Positions 1 through 12,283 of a stretch of 64,000 nt of DNA are shown one piece after another. Below the pieces are notes generated by a model, which worked only from the letters and a program-made list of their open reading frames with translations, was not told where the DNA came from and did not search any database. Origin of the DNA: Adineta vaga. Lineage: Eukaryota > Animalia > Rotifera. The stretch lies in assembly GCA_021613535.1 (NCBI GenBank), contig CP075497.1:2108001-2172000 (forward strand). The letters are read 5' to 3'. Within the stretch, counting starts at the first letter, position 1. Each line of letters begins with the position of its first letter. A program made the position numbers and the translations under genes.

Positions 1-3000
1 AATCTTTTATTGTGATGATCGTTCTCATTCGGAATATCTTTATAAAAGTGTAACCATTCAATTAAGAAAATTTGGTACGAAGATTTGTTTCTAATAGTAT
101 TAATTTCAACAGAATGTCTTCTGTCTATCTTTTAAGATGATGAATTTGATGAATGGGTTGATGCTCTTTATGCTGGAATACATGAAGCTAAGAATTTAAA
201 TGAAGCAGCAAAACGAAATCGGTTAGAAACTAAAGAATTTTTCCATCGATATTTTATGTTTGTTGATTATTTAGATGGCTTTTAAGACAATATGAAAGAT
301 TGAAAGCATCATCGGGAGGTTTAACATTTGATTCAATTAATGGATGGTTAAATTCTCATCTTGGTCTAGTTGGTGCAAAAGGTAATGTTGAAAGATCAAT
401 TAAACAAAATGAAATCTTTCGTCAAACAAATGAAATTACTGATTCAGTTTTCAATGATTTATATTATAGTTTCATTAATAATCAACAAAAAGTAAATATA
501 TTGATCGTTTTGATTCGCTTTTATCTATTTGATTTCTATAGATTCTCACAAGAACTCTCATGTCTGATATAATTGATGATAGGTAAGATTATTTCTATGT
601 ATATTATTATTAGTCTTAATGAATCGTTCTTTAGTGGAATTTCATTAAATAATTTCGCATTACGTGTTACTAATAATCAAAAAGATGTCGTTTCACAAGA
701 AACAGATCAAATCAAAAGTTCGCTACATTTAAATACTGATCAATCGGAAATTTCTCTTCGACAAGTAATGAATTCAGAATAAATTAACAAATTAGAAATC
801 TAACGATTTAATTTAGAGTATGAATTATCTTTGGTCTGATGCGAATTCAGCATTTGATCCAAAATCTCGTTCGATATGTGTCGATGATATGGATCAACAA
901 TTGAATTATTATTGGATTTCATCAAGTCATAATACGTAAATGATTATTTCGAAGAATTTCGTTTTATTTTATTCTTTCGATATAGATATTTAGCTAAAAC
1001 ACAAATGTTCAATCCATCATCTGTTCATTGTTATATTCAAGCTTTATTGAAAGGATGTCGATGCATTGAAAGTAAATGAAGAAAACTTTTCATTCAATGC
1101 ATTTCTTTTCTTATATAAGTCGATGTTTTCGATCCTCGAACTGGTACAGAACCGGAAATAACGCATAAAGGTACACGTATCAAAACGATTCCATTACGAA
1201 GTGTTCTCGAAGCTATTATCGACTATTCTTTTGTTACAAGCGAGTAAGAATTTAAGAAAATTGATTTGATTGAATGTAGAATCGAGGGAATATTTAGATA
1301 TCCAGTTATAGTTTCAATAGAAAATCATTGTTCACCTCAACAACGTTCAGTAATGGGTCGAATGTTCATTGAAATATTCGGTGGTAAGTTGAAATATAGA
1401 AATCGAATCGAAAATAGAGAATTATATTGAGTAGAAAGTCTGATACAAGTACCTCTATCACAAAATGAAACTGAACTTCCTTCTCCTAATAAATTAAAGA
1501 GGAAAATTCTTTTAAAGGTATTTGCTGCTTAAAGATCAATTGCTTTGATTATGAATTAACCTTGCTTTTTTTTCGGTACATTTCTTCATTTGTTATTTGA
1601 ATTGAATAGGATTCGAAATTGAGTAATGGATCATTATCACCGCAGCCTAGTCTTGACGGTGATGAACAACCTGGTATATCTGCAAGTCATCTCGAAGGAC
1701 ATGTTCAGTTGTATAATGCTACGAAAAAAGTAAATTTTTAAGCTTAATAAATGAATTGACATGTGAAATATTATTATAGAATTGGGTGGATTATAATTAT
1801 ACAATAGGAAATGATAGTATATACTTAGCTCAAATGTATGAACCACGAAATCAGGAAAAAAATGATTATGATCTAAGTGATGAAGAAACTGATCAAGTTA
1901 GTTGAAAAAAATCTCGTTTTCGAAAGATTTATCTGGAATTTTTCTAGAAAAAAGATATTTCAAAGGATGGTTTTATTCAAATTTGGTATCATGGCACCAT
2001 ATCTCATGAAGAAGCTAAACGTATTTTCTTCGCCAATGATGGTTATGAAGTCGGAGCTTTTCTTATTCGAAAAAGTCAAAATAAAAACTGTTATTGTCTT
2101 ACATATCTGTATGAGAGAAGATCATAATTTCACGAAAAACATTTCCTTTTACATTTTTCTTTTAGTGCACCGAATTCTTTGGTGAAAAGTATTGAAATTC
2201 GTGAAACACGAACTGATGATGGGAAATGTTTGTATTCAATAACTGATAAAGTATTTGATTCAATTCCGGATCTTGTTGCTTCTTATCGAACATTTAATTT
2301 TGCGGAAACAAAATCGGGATCAACTGAAGGAAATTGTGTTCAATTAGGAAGACCTGTTCCAAGAGAGAAATGGTGTCAAGAATTAAAGAGTAAAAAATGG
2401 TATCAACCAGATTTAACACGAAAACAAGCTGAAGAATTATTACGAGGTGTAAGTAAATCTTTAAAAAGTTTTCATTTCTTTAACATTTCTATAAATTAGA
2501 TTGGAGAAGAAATGACGTTTCTCATTCGAAAATCATCGAATCGTATTCGACAAGATTATACATTATCTGTTTATTCCAATGGAAATGTTCGTCATTCACC
2601 AATCTATACTGAGGGTCATGATTTAATGTTACAAGCAAAAACATTTACAAGTCTTATCGAAATTGTTGACTATTATTCACATAAACCCGTCTTCAATGAT
2701 TTAACTTTACAAACTCCCGCGAAATTATATGCAGATTTTCTTCATGAACGACGTCAATATGCAACACATGGAGATAATAAACATATTATTTTTCAACCAT
2801 TAGAATCCGCGATTGCATTACAAGCAGATCAAATTCGAATAAGTAGAAGACAAACGAACGCTGATTAGTATATTGAATATGTTCATTTAGGAAATCCTGA
2901 TGATCATTCGGATGGTTCGACAATTCAAATAGAATTAAATACAATTGATGATGAAAAAACGAAACCTTATGGATATTTAATGAAATTCAATTCATCAAAA

Positions 3001-4332
3001 GAATGTCAAGTGTTTGTAACAAAAATTACTTCGGCATTTTCGATTGTTCCCCCGAAACTACCAATCGTAAGACCAAAACCGAGCAGACCTATAAATTCTC
3101 CATCAACAAATGAAAAAGCAGAAAGATATCTTGCTGATTATGATAAACTAATTGTTTATTGTCAGGGAGTTAAATTAAGAGATCGACATGTGGAGAGACC
3201 ACAAGATCTTTTAGGTAAATATTGATCATGAAATTTCCTTTCAATATATTCTCTCTCTTTTATTTTCAAAGATAAAATCAAATTATTTACAGAAATGATT
3301 TCATTAAATAGTGCAAAAGGTTTGACATTCTGTTCGGAAATTCGAACGATGATATTGTAGGTTTTCTTTTTTGTTATAAATGATTGGAGAAGAATGTTTA
3401 TCTTCTTGATTTAGATTCAATCAAAATCATTTCACTCGTATTTATCCAGATCTTAATAAAAAATCATGGACTTCACGGAATTTTGATCCGATGATCCATT
3501 GGGTTGCTGGTTGTCAAATGGTCGCATTGAATTTTCAAATGCCTGGTTCGTATTCATCATTTCCAATATTTCTATCGTTGTATTTCTCTTCAGATCAGCC
3601 CATGCATTTGAATGCTGGTCGATTTGCCGCGAATGGCGGGTAAGATTCAATTCAACGGTCTATCAGAATAACTTGTTTCTTCTAGTTCAGGATATATTCT
3701 TATGCCAGATTATATACGTTCATTTGATAATAATAGACCAGAAATCTGTACAATATCAATGTTATTAAAAATTCGTGTTGTAGCTGTACGACATATACGT
3801 TCTGATCAAGTGAAAAGTATTTCGAAAGTTCAAATTAGAATCACAATTATTACGGGAAGTAAAAAACGACCATATGAAAATCAAAATTTGACAAGTAGAT
3901 ATTCTTTGATTTATTTGATTTATGTCATTTTCTTTCGCAAATAATAGCAATCATTAATGGTCCATGTGGTATTTGGGATTCGAAACAATCGTCTTCGAAA
4001 CAATCTGATCAACTACTTACACAAAATAGTCTTCAATCGAGTAACAAAGATGTCGATATTCTTTATTTTGAAGTTGTTACAGATAATGAAGAATTTTGTG
4101 GACAATCAACGATTCCATTATCATCATTGCGATCAGGTTTGATTTTTTTAATCATTCATTGAGAATGACTTTCCTTTCTTTTAAGGTATTCGATCTGTTC
4201 AACTTTATGATAAATTCAACGAACGTTTAGATATGAGTGCACTTCTTGTTGACATTAATTTTCAAACGGGTATGCTACTCTTTGATCTACAGTTCGATCA
4301 AATAATTATAAATATGAATGATTTTAGTGTAA
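1..4332 (+). CDS. PLCG: Phospholipase C gamma-like protein, 5'-partial, multi-exon (PH end, EF region, X-box, split PH, two SH2, Y-box, C2; no SH3 seen)
   Basis: Manual splicing gives X-box YWISSSHNT|YL...ALLKGCRCIE|VDVFD...PEITHKG...YPVIVSIENHCS...LPSPNKLKRKILLK; SH2 motifs WYHGTISHEEA...GAFLIRKS and WYQPDLTRKQAEELL...TFLIRKS; Y-box FTRIYP...WVAGCQMVALNFQ...NGGSGYILMP; C2 ending GIRSVQLYDKFNERLDMSALLVDINFQTV, stop 4330-4332 after a final intron 4270-4327. Confidence 0.92.
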
Positions 4333-6097
4333 TTATTCGACAAATGTAGTACAGATTGATCATGCTGTTTTAAGAAATATTTCTTCGAACATTGAAAATA
4401 GAAGATTAGAATCAACGTTGGTGTCGTTATTAATTTTTTTTCTCGTTTATTTTTGTACACATTTTGTCATTATGTTTTCTCTCGCTTTCTTCCTCTCTCT
4501 TTCTCTCTCTCTCTCGCCTTCACTTTCTTTACCTCGCACCTTATGTCTCCAGGAAAATAGCAAAGTGTAATTTGATTTTATGCAAGTCAAAGACGCACAT
4601 CATACATACCTGTATGATAGGAACAAAGTAGTGTGAGAACGAGAAGAGAGAAAGAGAGAACAAGATTGCAATATGATATTTTCTTCTTCACCTTCTTTCT
4701 TGTCTTCGACGGTTTTTCTTTCTAATTATGTTACAACGATGTTAATCTTCTCTTTTACTATATTTTTTCATTGATGTTGGACACCTTTTTTCCCTCGTAT
4801 ATGTATATAAAAGTATTGTATCTTCTTTTTTTTCTTTTTCGTTCGTTCGTTCTTTCATTTCTAGTTGGATCTGTCAATTCGATGTTTCAAGGACAATGAG
4901 ACAAGAGCGAGTGTCAACATACTTCACTTTATCGTCTATTTCTTTTGTCGCATGTTTTGCAGCTGCTGATTTCTGTTGAAAGGTGTCACATAGTGGCGTA
5001 CTACTTTGCTATTCTAGCAGAAAGAGAAAAGAACAATGAATGAGAATCTCGCGTTCTTTTCTCTTTGTTTCATCCCATTAACAATCTTTCATCATCACCA
5101 ACGGCATAACCACTCATACTACTTCTGTCGCGATGATGTTTTGCTATAGACACTCATAGACATTGTGCGACGCGTGCCGTTGGACGATCGACAAGATAGG
5201 GGAAAAAACGAGAGAAAGAGACAGAACAGAGAAAATGAAGGTTTGCTCAGCCCCGGACGTCCGTGTCAGTTTGCATGAGTGTTCTTCTTCAGTTGCGTTG
5301 GATACCTCCTTGCCTTTCTTTGATTGATGTCGTATGCGATAGGTTACCTCGTGTGCCAGTCATCGTGTAAGTATATTACAAAGATCGAAAGGAAGAACAG
5401 AACACTAAATGATAGAACAGACAAATGAAAGAACGAACAAAATATTTTAAATATACTGCACGCCCTCTCACATATTCTGTATATGATTATGAAGAGTAGA
5501 CGAGTTTTGTGCGATCTCATTTCTTTTCTCTTCATATGTATTTAGGAGGTTGCCCCTCGTCTTTCTGTTGCTATATGCTCTGTCGTGCAATAACCGAGTA
5601 ACTGAAAAAAAAAGAGAAGAGAAGAGAAAAAGAAAAAAGAGGCAAAACGTTGTATGAAGCGATGCATCCATCCAGTATACGAAGAAAAAGCAAAGAACGA
5701 TTTTTTTGTGCTTCTCGATAGAAAAAAACTGGGCCAAGGAGAAAGGGGTGGTAAGGGGACGCGAACGAGACAGAGAGAGAGGAGAAGAAGAAGAAGAGAA
5801 AGAGAAACGGCAAGGCGCGTGCACTAATCACGTCCTTGAACGGCTCGCTTGCGCTCTCTCGATGCCACTGTAGGCGTTCGTGGGTTCCGGCTGCGCACAA
5901 AACGAGAATGAGAAGAAGAAGAAGAAGATGATGATGATGAAAGAACTTTTCCCTTGTGTGCTCTATACTTCTCTATCATTCGCTTTCTATTTCTCTCTTC
6001 TCAATTGAAGTCAATCATCAGCTGTATATTCTAGAAACGATTCTCTTTTTTCATTCATTATCGTCGTCTTTCTTTTGATCTACCAAGCTCTTCTTCA

Positions 6098-6160
6098 ATG
6101 CAACCATTAACACCGAATAATGATGTACAACGGCCCATCTGGTGTCTTGTCATCGTGTGA
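6098..6160 (+). promoter_or_regulatory. Candidate overlapping upstream ORF (20 codons) spanning the FoxO start codon
   Basis: ATG at 6098 opens [20 protein letters not shown] in a different frame from the FoxO ATG at 6120; function inferred only. Confidence 0.25.
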
Positions 6161-8040
6161 TTTACTTGTTGATAGGACAGACGACAGTTATAACTCGATG
6201 GTGAAGCCACATCAGTCCGATTCTCATCAATATCATCATCCTCATTATCCACAACATCATAGTGATTCGTCTCGTTCATCATCCGTTTGTTCGTCGTCAC
6301 TTTCACCCAAAACTTCCTCTTCAACGGGTGCTAATACAACAGGCATTTCATCAGTAACTGTGTCTAACACGCCAGCTGCTGTCACTCTAACTGATATTGA
6401 TCCACAATTAGCTCAACATGTCGAATATGAATTAGGTTTAACAAAAAAGAATGGAAATGGAAGTGGAACACGAAAAAATGCTTGGGGTAATTTAAGTTAC
6501 GCTGAATTGATTAGTAAAGCGATTACGAGTAGTGCTGAACAACGTTTGACATTATCGGAAATCTATGATTGGATGATCAAATATGTTCCATTCTTTCGAA
6601 ATAAAGTCGATCGAATTAGTAGTGCTGGTTGGAAGGTAATAATTGTCTTCTTTTCGCAAACAGTTCAAAATTTCTGAAATTTTTCGTTTTTCAGAATTCT
6701 ATTCGTCATAATTTATCATTACACAATCGATTTAAACGTGTACAGAGTGAAGGTACTGGAAAATCTTCTTGGTGGATGATTAATCCAGATGAAAAAATGA
6801 CTTGTGGTAATGACACATCCTCACCGTCACCAATTAGCGGCTTGAAACAACCACGTCGTCGTCTAGGACAAGGTACCAAATCGGCATCTTTATCTTCAAC
6901 AACTCAACCGAAACGACTTCGTGGACCTCGTTCAACTAAAACTACTCGAGCAATGACAGCCGCTCAACGAATAGAACAACAACAACAGCAGCAACAACAA
7001 CAACATCAAACGTCAGGTAATCAACAAATTCAGTCTTCTGACATGTCGACAGTATCAATTTATGACACTCAACAATGGCCATCTCAATTAGATACCGACA
7101 CTACACCTAATCATTTATATGAACATGAACTCTATTCAACATCTGTTCATACTCCAACAACGAATACGAATGGTAATTCAACTGCATGTATACAATCGTC
7201 CTACTCCTATGATGATGTTGTACCTAATTATGTTAATAATACACCCTCAACCAATAATACAAATAATACCGGTGATTATTCCTATCATCATCCACATCAA
7301 TTTCATTCACATCCACATCATTCTCATACATTGTATCAACATCATCATGGATCAAATTATGATACCGGTGCGTCTAGTGGATATTATCATCATTCAAATT
7401 CATGTTCTCATCCACTTGATACATATCATACAAATAATGCAGGAACGTATTCATTACAACAACAACAACAACAACAAATTGATCCGAATGATGAACAGAT
7501 ATATTTACGTGCTCATTCGATTTCGTCACATTCATCTTCATCATCACTTTCCCCTCCAACATTATCGACAACTAATAATCTTTTACCATCATCTTCGTCC
7601 GGTTCATCTTCTTCAAACTATACACATCCACATAAAACGTCTTTATCCGGTGGTTATCTTCATCCCGTATCGAATGGAACACTTACTCTCTATAGTCATC
7701 ATCATCAACCTCAACATCTTTCTCATCCTCCAGATATTGAAACTTTACTTGATTTAAATACTCAAGATGATGATATCGATGATGATGATGATGATGATCT
7801 TTCAACTCTCGTACATCATCATCAAGGAATGATTGATGATCAACAACACTTATCATCTTTTTTTTCTCCTGATCATAATCATCCCATGCATTCTCATAAT
7901 GATACATCACCATCAATTTTACGTACGGTGCTTAATAGGCCGATTGTCGGTAAATATTTCATCGCTCGATTTTCCTATTGACCTTGATCAAAAACAAAAA
8001 TCTCTTTTCTCATTTAGATTTGTACAATCAACAGGTGTAA
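6120..8040 (+). CDS. FOXO: Forkhead box O (FoxO/DAF-16 family) transcription factor; exons 6120-6635, 6695-7949, 8018-8040
   Basis: FoxO-diagnostic forkhead [18 protein letters not shown]...[17 protein letters not shown]...SSAGWK|[32 protein letters not shown]; GT-AG introns of 59 and 68 nt; poly-Q/His/Ser/Asp low-complexity C-terminus ending DLYNQQV*. Confidence 0.93.
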
Positions 8041-9093
8041 ACTGACCGGTTCTATTTTTCTTTATTTGTTTTGTTTCTTTTCTTTTCTTTCTTTTTTTAA
8101 ATTCTCCCCGTTTTCAATCTATTAAGTTATCACCGGCGATACAATTTTTTCATTTTGTAGATATTGTGCAATGTATTCTTTCCTACCACAGTCGTTTTTT
8201 CTTCGACAGTCGAATGAATACATTTTATCTTCTGTTGCTCTGTTTTCTTTCTCTTCAACCGTAAAGTTATTTTTTTTCTCCTGTCTTTTTGTTTTCTTGA
8301 TCATTAAAAAAAACGATTTCTGTATTATTTTATCCTTTATCATTCAATTAAAATGAAAACCGGTGATATGAATTTCATGGCAAATCAAGAACAAAATGAA
8401 TTGAAATATCAATCGATGTTTTAGTGAGAAAGAAAGATCTTTTTGTCCTGTTTTTTTTAGACACTCTCAGCATATTTTTGGCTTGTTTTTTATATATTTT
8501 TCCTTAGATGTTTGTCGAATGTTTGTTTTTCCTAAATTTCACGCGAGTTTCGTTTCTTTCCGGCGTCTTTGATTTTCTTTGCTCGTTTTCTTTCCGTCTA
8601 TTTTTCATTTTGTAAAGTTCGATATGTATAAAAATGAACAAATGAGAGATTATTTATGAAAAAAGAAAGAATATTCGATTGAAACCTTTCGATCATTTTA
8701 ACAAAAAACCCTTGTTGACATACACACTGATGTTTTTCTTTCATTCTCTAGTTGTCAACTATACAATTCTAAGAATGTAACTCATTCTGTCTCTACTTAG
8801 GTACATGACGACAAAATCTATCTAGAAAGTTATTTATTATTTTAGTAGAACATATGCTATTTCTTTTTGGCACTTATTAAATGTGTAAGAGTAACAGAAA
8901 ATCTATAAATATCTTTTGAAGGAATGCTTGACCTGGAGAATTTGATCCACTTTCATTCAAATAACTCAAATGTAAGGACAATTCTTTATTTCATTGTTGA
9001 ATAAAAATCAGGAAATAAATTAATGTCATATCTCTTTATTGAAAACAAAAGGTCATGTCGACCGACATTTCTAAGCTAATAAAACATGAGATA

Positions 9094-9570
9094 TCATTTA
9101 TTCATTAAGATTTCAACTGAATACGTCTTGGAAATTAAACCACCATGACCAAGCCAAAAAATTGCTAACAACGATGCGAAATAAGCGAATAGAAATGCAA
9201 CTACTGTTAAATAATATGAATAACCAAGATTTGAATTCACAAAATTAAGATACGATCCCAGAGAAGTTAATAAAAAGATACATATCATAAAAAGTAATAA
9301 AGGTATAAAACATCGAATATAAATCACTTGTTTTTCATTGATAACTTTCGTTAAAAGTAGAATAAGTAGAATTATACAAATAATCAATAGCATGATGGAA
9401 ATAACTGCCAGAATACTCGGAAGTTTCGAGCATTGATCACAAAATAAATGATGATATTGATGAAAAAACCATCCCGGTGTTGATAAACCCATCATCGAAA
9501 AGATCGTTGACAAAATTATACTAACAAATATACATAATATCAAAAAAATCTCACTGAATATTCTCATCAT
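9094..9570 (-). CDS. Small four-pass membrane protein, claudin/PMP22-like topology, single exon, 158 aa
   Basis: Four hydrophobic segments; TM1 followed by GLSTPGW and a Cys pair (FCDQC); LGYSYYL precedes TM4, resembling the claudin/PMP22 GxSxxL motif. Confidence 0.6.
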   Translation of the reverse strand: MMRIFSEIFLILCIFVSIILSTIFSMMGLSTPGWFFHQYHHLFCDQCSKLPSILAVISIMLLIICIILLILLLTKVINEKQVIYIRCFIPLLLFMICIFLLTSLGSYLNFVNSNLGYSYYLTVVAFLFAYFASLLAIFWLGHGGLISKTYSVEILMNK

Positions 9571-9894
9571 TTTATTTCAAATGTAATAATGATTACAAAT
9601 AGATCCTATCTTATCAATTTATTCTTACGTAAAGATACTTTTCTTCATAGAAGAATGATAAAAAAAAGGAAGAAAGACCGCTCAAATAAAAAAATCTATT
9701 CTTTTCTGTTTAATCATATTCGAAACAAAGAATATAATACATGCTTGACGATTGATAATGGTGTGATTAGCGATAAAACGACATTAACTGGATAAAAAAG
9801 AAACTTTTTTTGCTATGTATATCGCATCTTGTTCTCATACCTTTTGTCATTTGCATATATTAATACAGTCGTCGTTTAGGTAGTGCAAATAAGA

Positions 9895-10835
9895 ATGGCA
9901 AATCATACAGAAATTGATACGTTTTTGGATGAAAAAAAACAAATTATTTCATCAAAACCAAGAAAATATCATGCAAAATGGTGGTATCAAGAATATAATT
10001 CTCAAGAGATAATTTCAAATATTATCGAATCATATAATTTCCGAGCGGTAGTTATTTTCTTAGTTGTTATTGACACATCATTAGTTGTTACTGAAATCTT
10101 ATTAGATTCATTTAAAATTCATTATGAATGTGAACATTATGATCAACATCCATTAAATTTACGTAATAAAATCAAAAAAGAACGTGTGGAATATGCGATG
10201 GAAATCGTACATTTTACATCGATTATTATTCTGAGCTTTTTTTTTATTGAATTAATCATACGAATATACGCCTGTGGAAGAGAATTTTGGAATATTCGAA
10301 GACGAAAAATGGAATATTTTGATGCTTTTATTGTTATTGTATCATTAATTATTGATTTATGGCTTTTACATGGCGAGAAAATTCTTCTTGGTGAACAATT
10401 AATTCTTATACTTGCACTTCGTTTATGGCGTTTTGTACGAATTATTAGTAGTAAGTTAAGTTTTTCGATTAAAATTGATAGAAAAAGAAAGATTATCTTC
10501 ATTCAGGTGTAGCTGAAAGTATTCGACATGGTCAAAGAAAACATAAAGAACGTTTAAATCATCAATATCTTTTTGCAGTTCGTCGATTAATTGAGCTCCT
10601 TCTGTATAAAACAACTTATGCAGAGAAAAATCAAGATAAAGATTTCGATTCGTTACTCGAACAGTTTCGAATGGTTGATGAACAGTGTAAATCATCTTTA
10701 GAAGCATTAGATCAAAATCAGGAATTAACTTCTTCACGTGTTGTTGCTCAATTCGTAGAACAAATTCAAGGAATTGAAAATAAGAATAATCCCAGTGTTA
10801 TATCAGCAATGTTTACTAAAGAACCACAACTTTAA
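9895..10835 (+). CDS. HVCN1: Voltage-gated proton channel Hv1-like, copy 1; exons 9895-10450, 10507-10835 (294 aa)
   Basis: Stand-alone voltage-sensor domain: S1 VIFLVVIDTSLVVTEILLD (selectivity Asp), S2 HFTSIIILSFFFIELIIRI, S3 EYFDAFIVIVSLIIDL, S4 LRLWRFVRII (RxWRxxR Hv signature); no pore domain; 56-nt intron after S4. Confidence 0.88.
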
Positions 10836-11133
10836 AGTCTTCCGGCCATTTTTTTGTACTATAAAGAAGTTTTAAAACATCACGTTTCAGTCGGGATTTA
10901 CATTCTCTTCAGAAATAAATGGTATTAGTGGGTAGAAATAGGACATTTTTTTGATGCGATACACATACCATGTGAAAAAATAAACTTAGGATACATCATG
11001 TCTATGAAAAAAACATTATAAAAGAAAAGCAAAAAAAAGTTACGAGAAAAGAAAAAAACAATTTTTTTCTGCATTGACCTTCGCGTGCAAGTCTCCATCG
11101 ATTTACTCGTCATTCTGTTAAAACCTCGAAACA

Positions 11134-12065
11134 ATGAAGAAAGCAGAGACAGAAACGTTTATAAATATCAATAAGAGAAAATCATCTTTCGATACACATG
11201 GATGCTTTTGGAAATGGTGGAATCAAAAATTTCGTTGCCAACAAATTATTTCTCGCGTTATCGAATCATTTTATTTCAGTGCCTTCGTTATTTTCTTAGT
11301 TGTTGTCGATACAGCATTAGTTATCACAGAAATCTTGTTAGATTCATTCAAAATTCATTATGAATGCAAACATTCTGAACAACGTTCTTCAAATTTTCAT
11401 AATAAAATCAAAAAAGAAAATGTGGAAATGGCTATGGAAATTGCACATTTTGCATCGATTGCTATTCTCAGTTTTTTCGTCATTGAATTAACCATACGAA
11501 TATTTGCTCGTGGAAGAGACTTTTGGAATATTCGAAGACGAAAAATGGAATATTTCGATGCAATTATTGTTATCACTTCATTAATTATTGATTTATGGTC
11601 TTTGCATATTGAAAAGAAGCTCCTTGGCGAACAATTAATTCTTATACTTGCACTTCGATTATGGCGTTTCGTTCGAATTATTAGTAGTAAGTGCGTATGT
11701 CTTGAAATTCAGATTGAACAAATCGATTTGTCTTAGGTGTAACTGAAACTACTCTTCATAGACAGAGTAGACATAAGGAACGTTTGAATCATCAATATTT
11801 TCTTGCAATTCATCGATTAATTGAACTACTTGGTCACAAGACAACGCAAGCTGGGAATATTAGTACAGAAAATCTCAATTTTGTACTTGAACATTTTCGA
11901 ATGATTGATACACAATGTAAATCATCGTTGGCAGCATTAGATGAAAATGAAGAATTAACTTCTTCAGCTGTTGTTACAAAATTCTTAGAAGAAATCACTG
12001 GAATTGAAAAACAGAATAGTTCCCAGTCTATTTCAGCAATGTTTGCTAAAGAACCACACGTTTAA
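11134..12065 (+). CDS. HVCN1: Voltage-gated proton channel Hv1-like, copy 2; exons 11134-11686, 11737-12065 (293 aa)
   Basis: S1 FLVVVDTALVITEILLD, S4 LRLWRFVRIISS; same intron position as copy 1 (50 nt); intact frame after splicing. Confidence 0.88.
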
Positions 12066-12283
12066 AATCTTTTAACTATTTTTCTTGTATTGTAAAGAAA
12101 TTGTGAAACGTCATTAGAAATATACGATCTAATCGAGGAGAAATGAAAGATTTCTAATACAATACACATATTACCAGAAGATACGACATGCCTGTTACAA
12201 AAAATAACGAGAAGAGAAAAAAAAACAATTTCTTCCCCTCGACCTTCGTGTACAGCTCTACTCGTTGTTCTGTTAACATCCAA

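Noticed and set aside
5344-5900. Minus-strand ORFs of 63-118 aa upstream of FoxO
   Set aside because: Phe/Ser/Leu-rich translations of purine-rich low-complexity promoter or UTR sequence.
7119-7757. 212 aa Ile/His-rich overlapping ORF inside FoxO
   Set aside because: Shifted-frame by-product of CAT/AAT/CAA-rich codons in the low-complexity FoxO exon.
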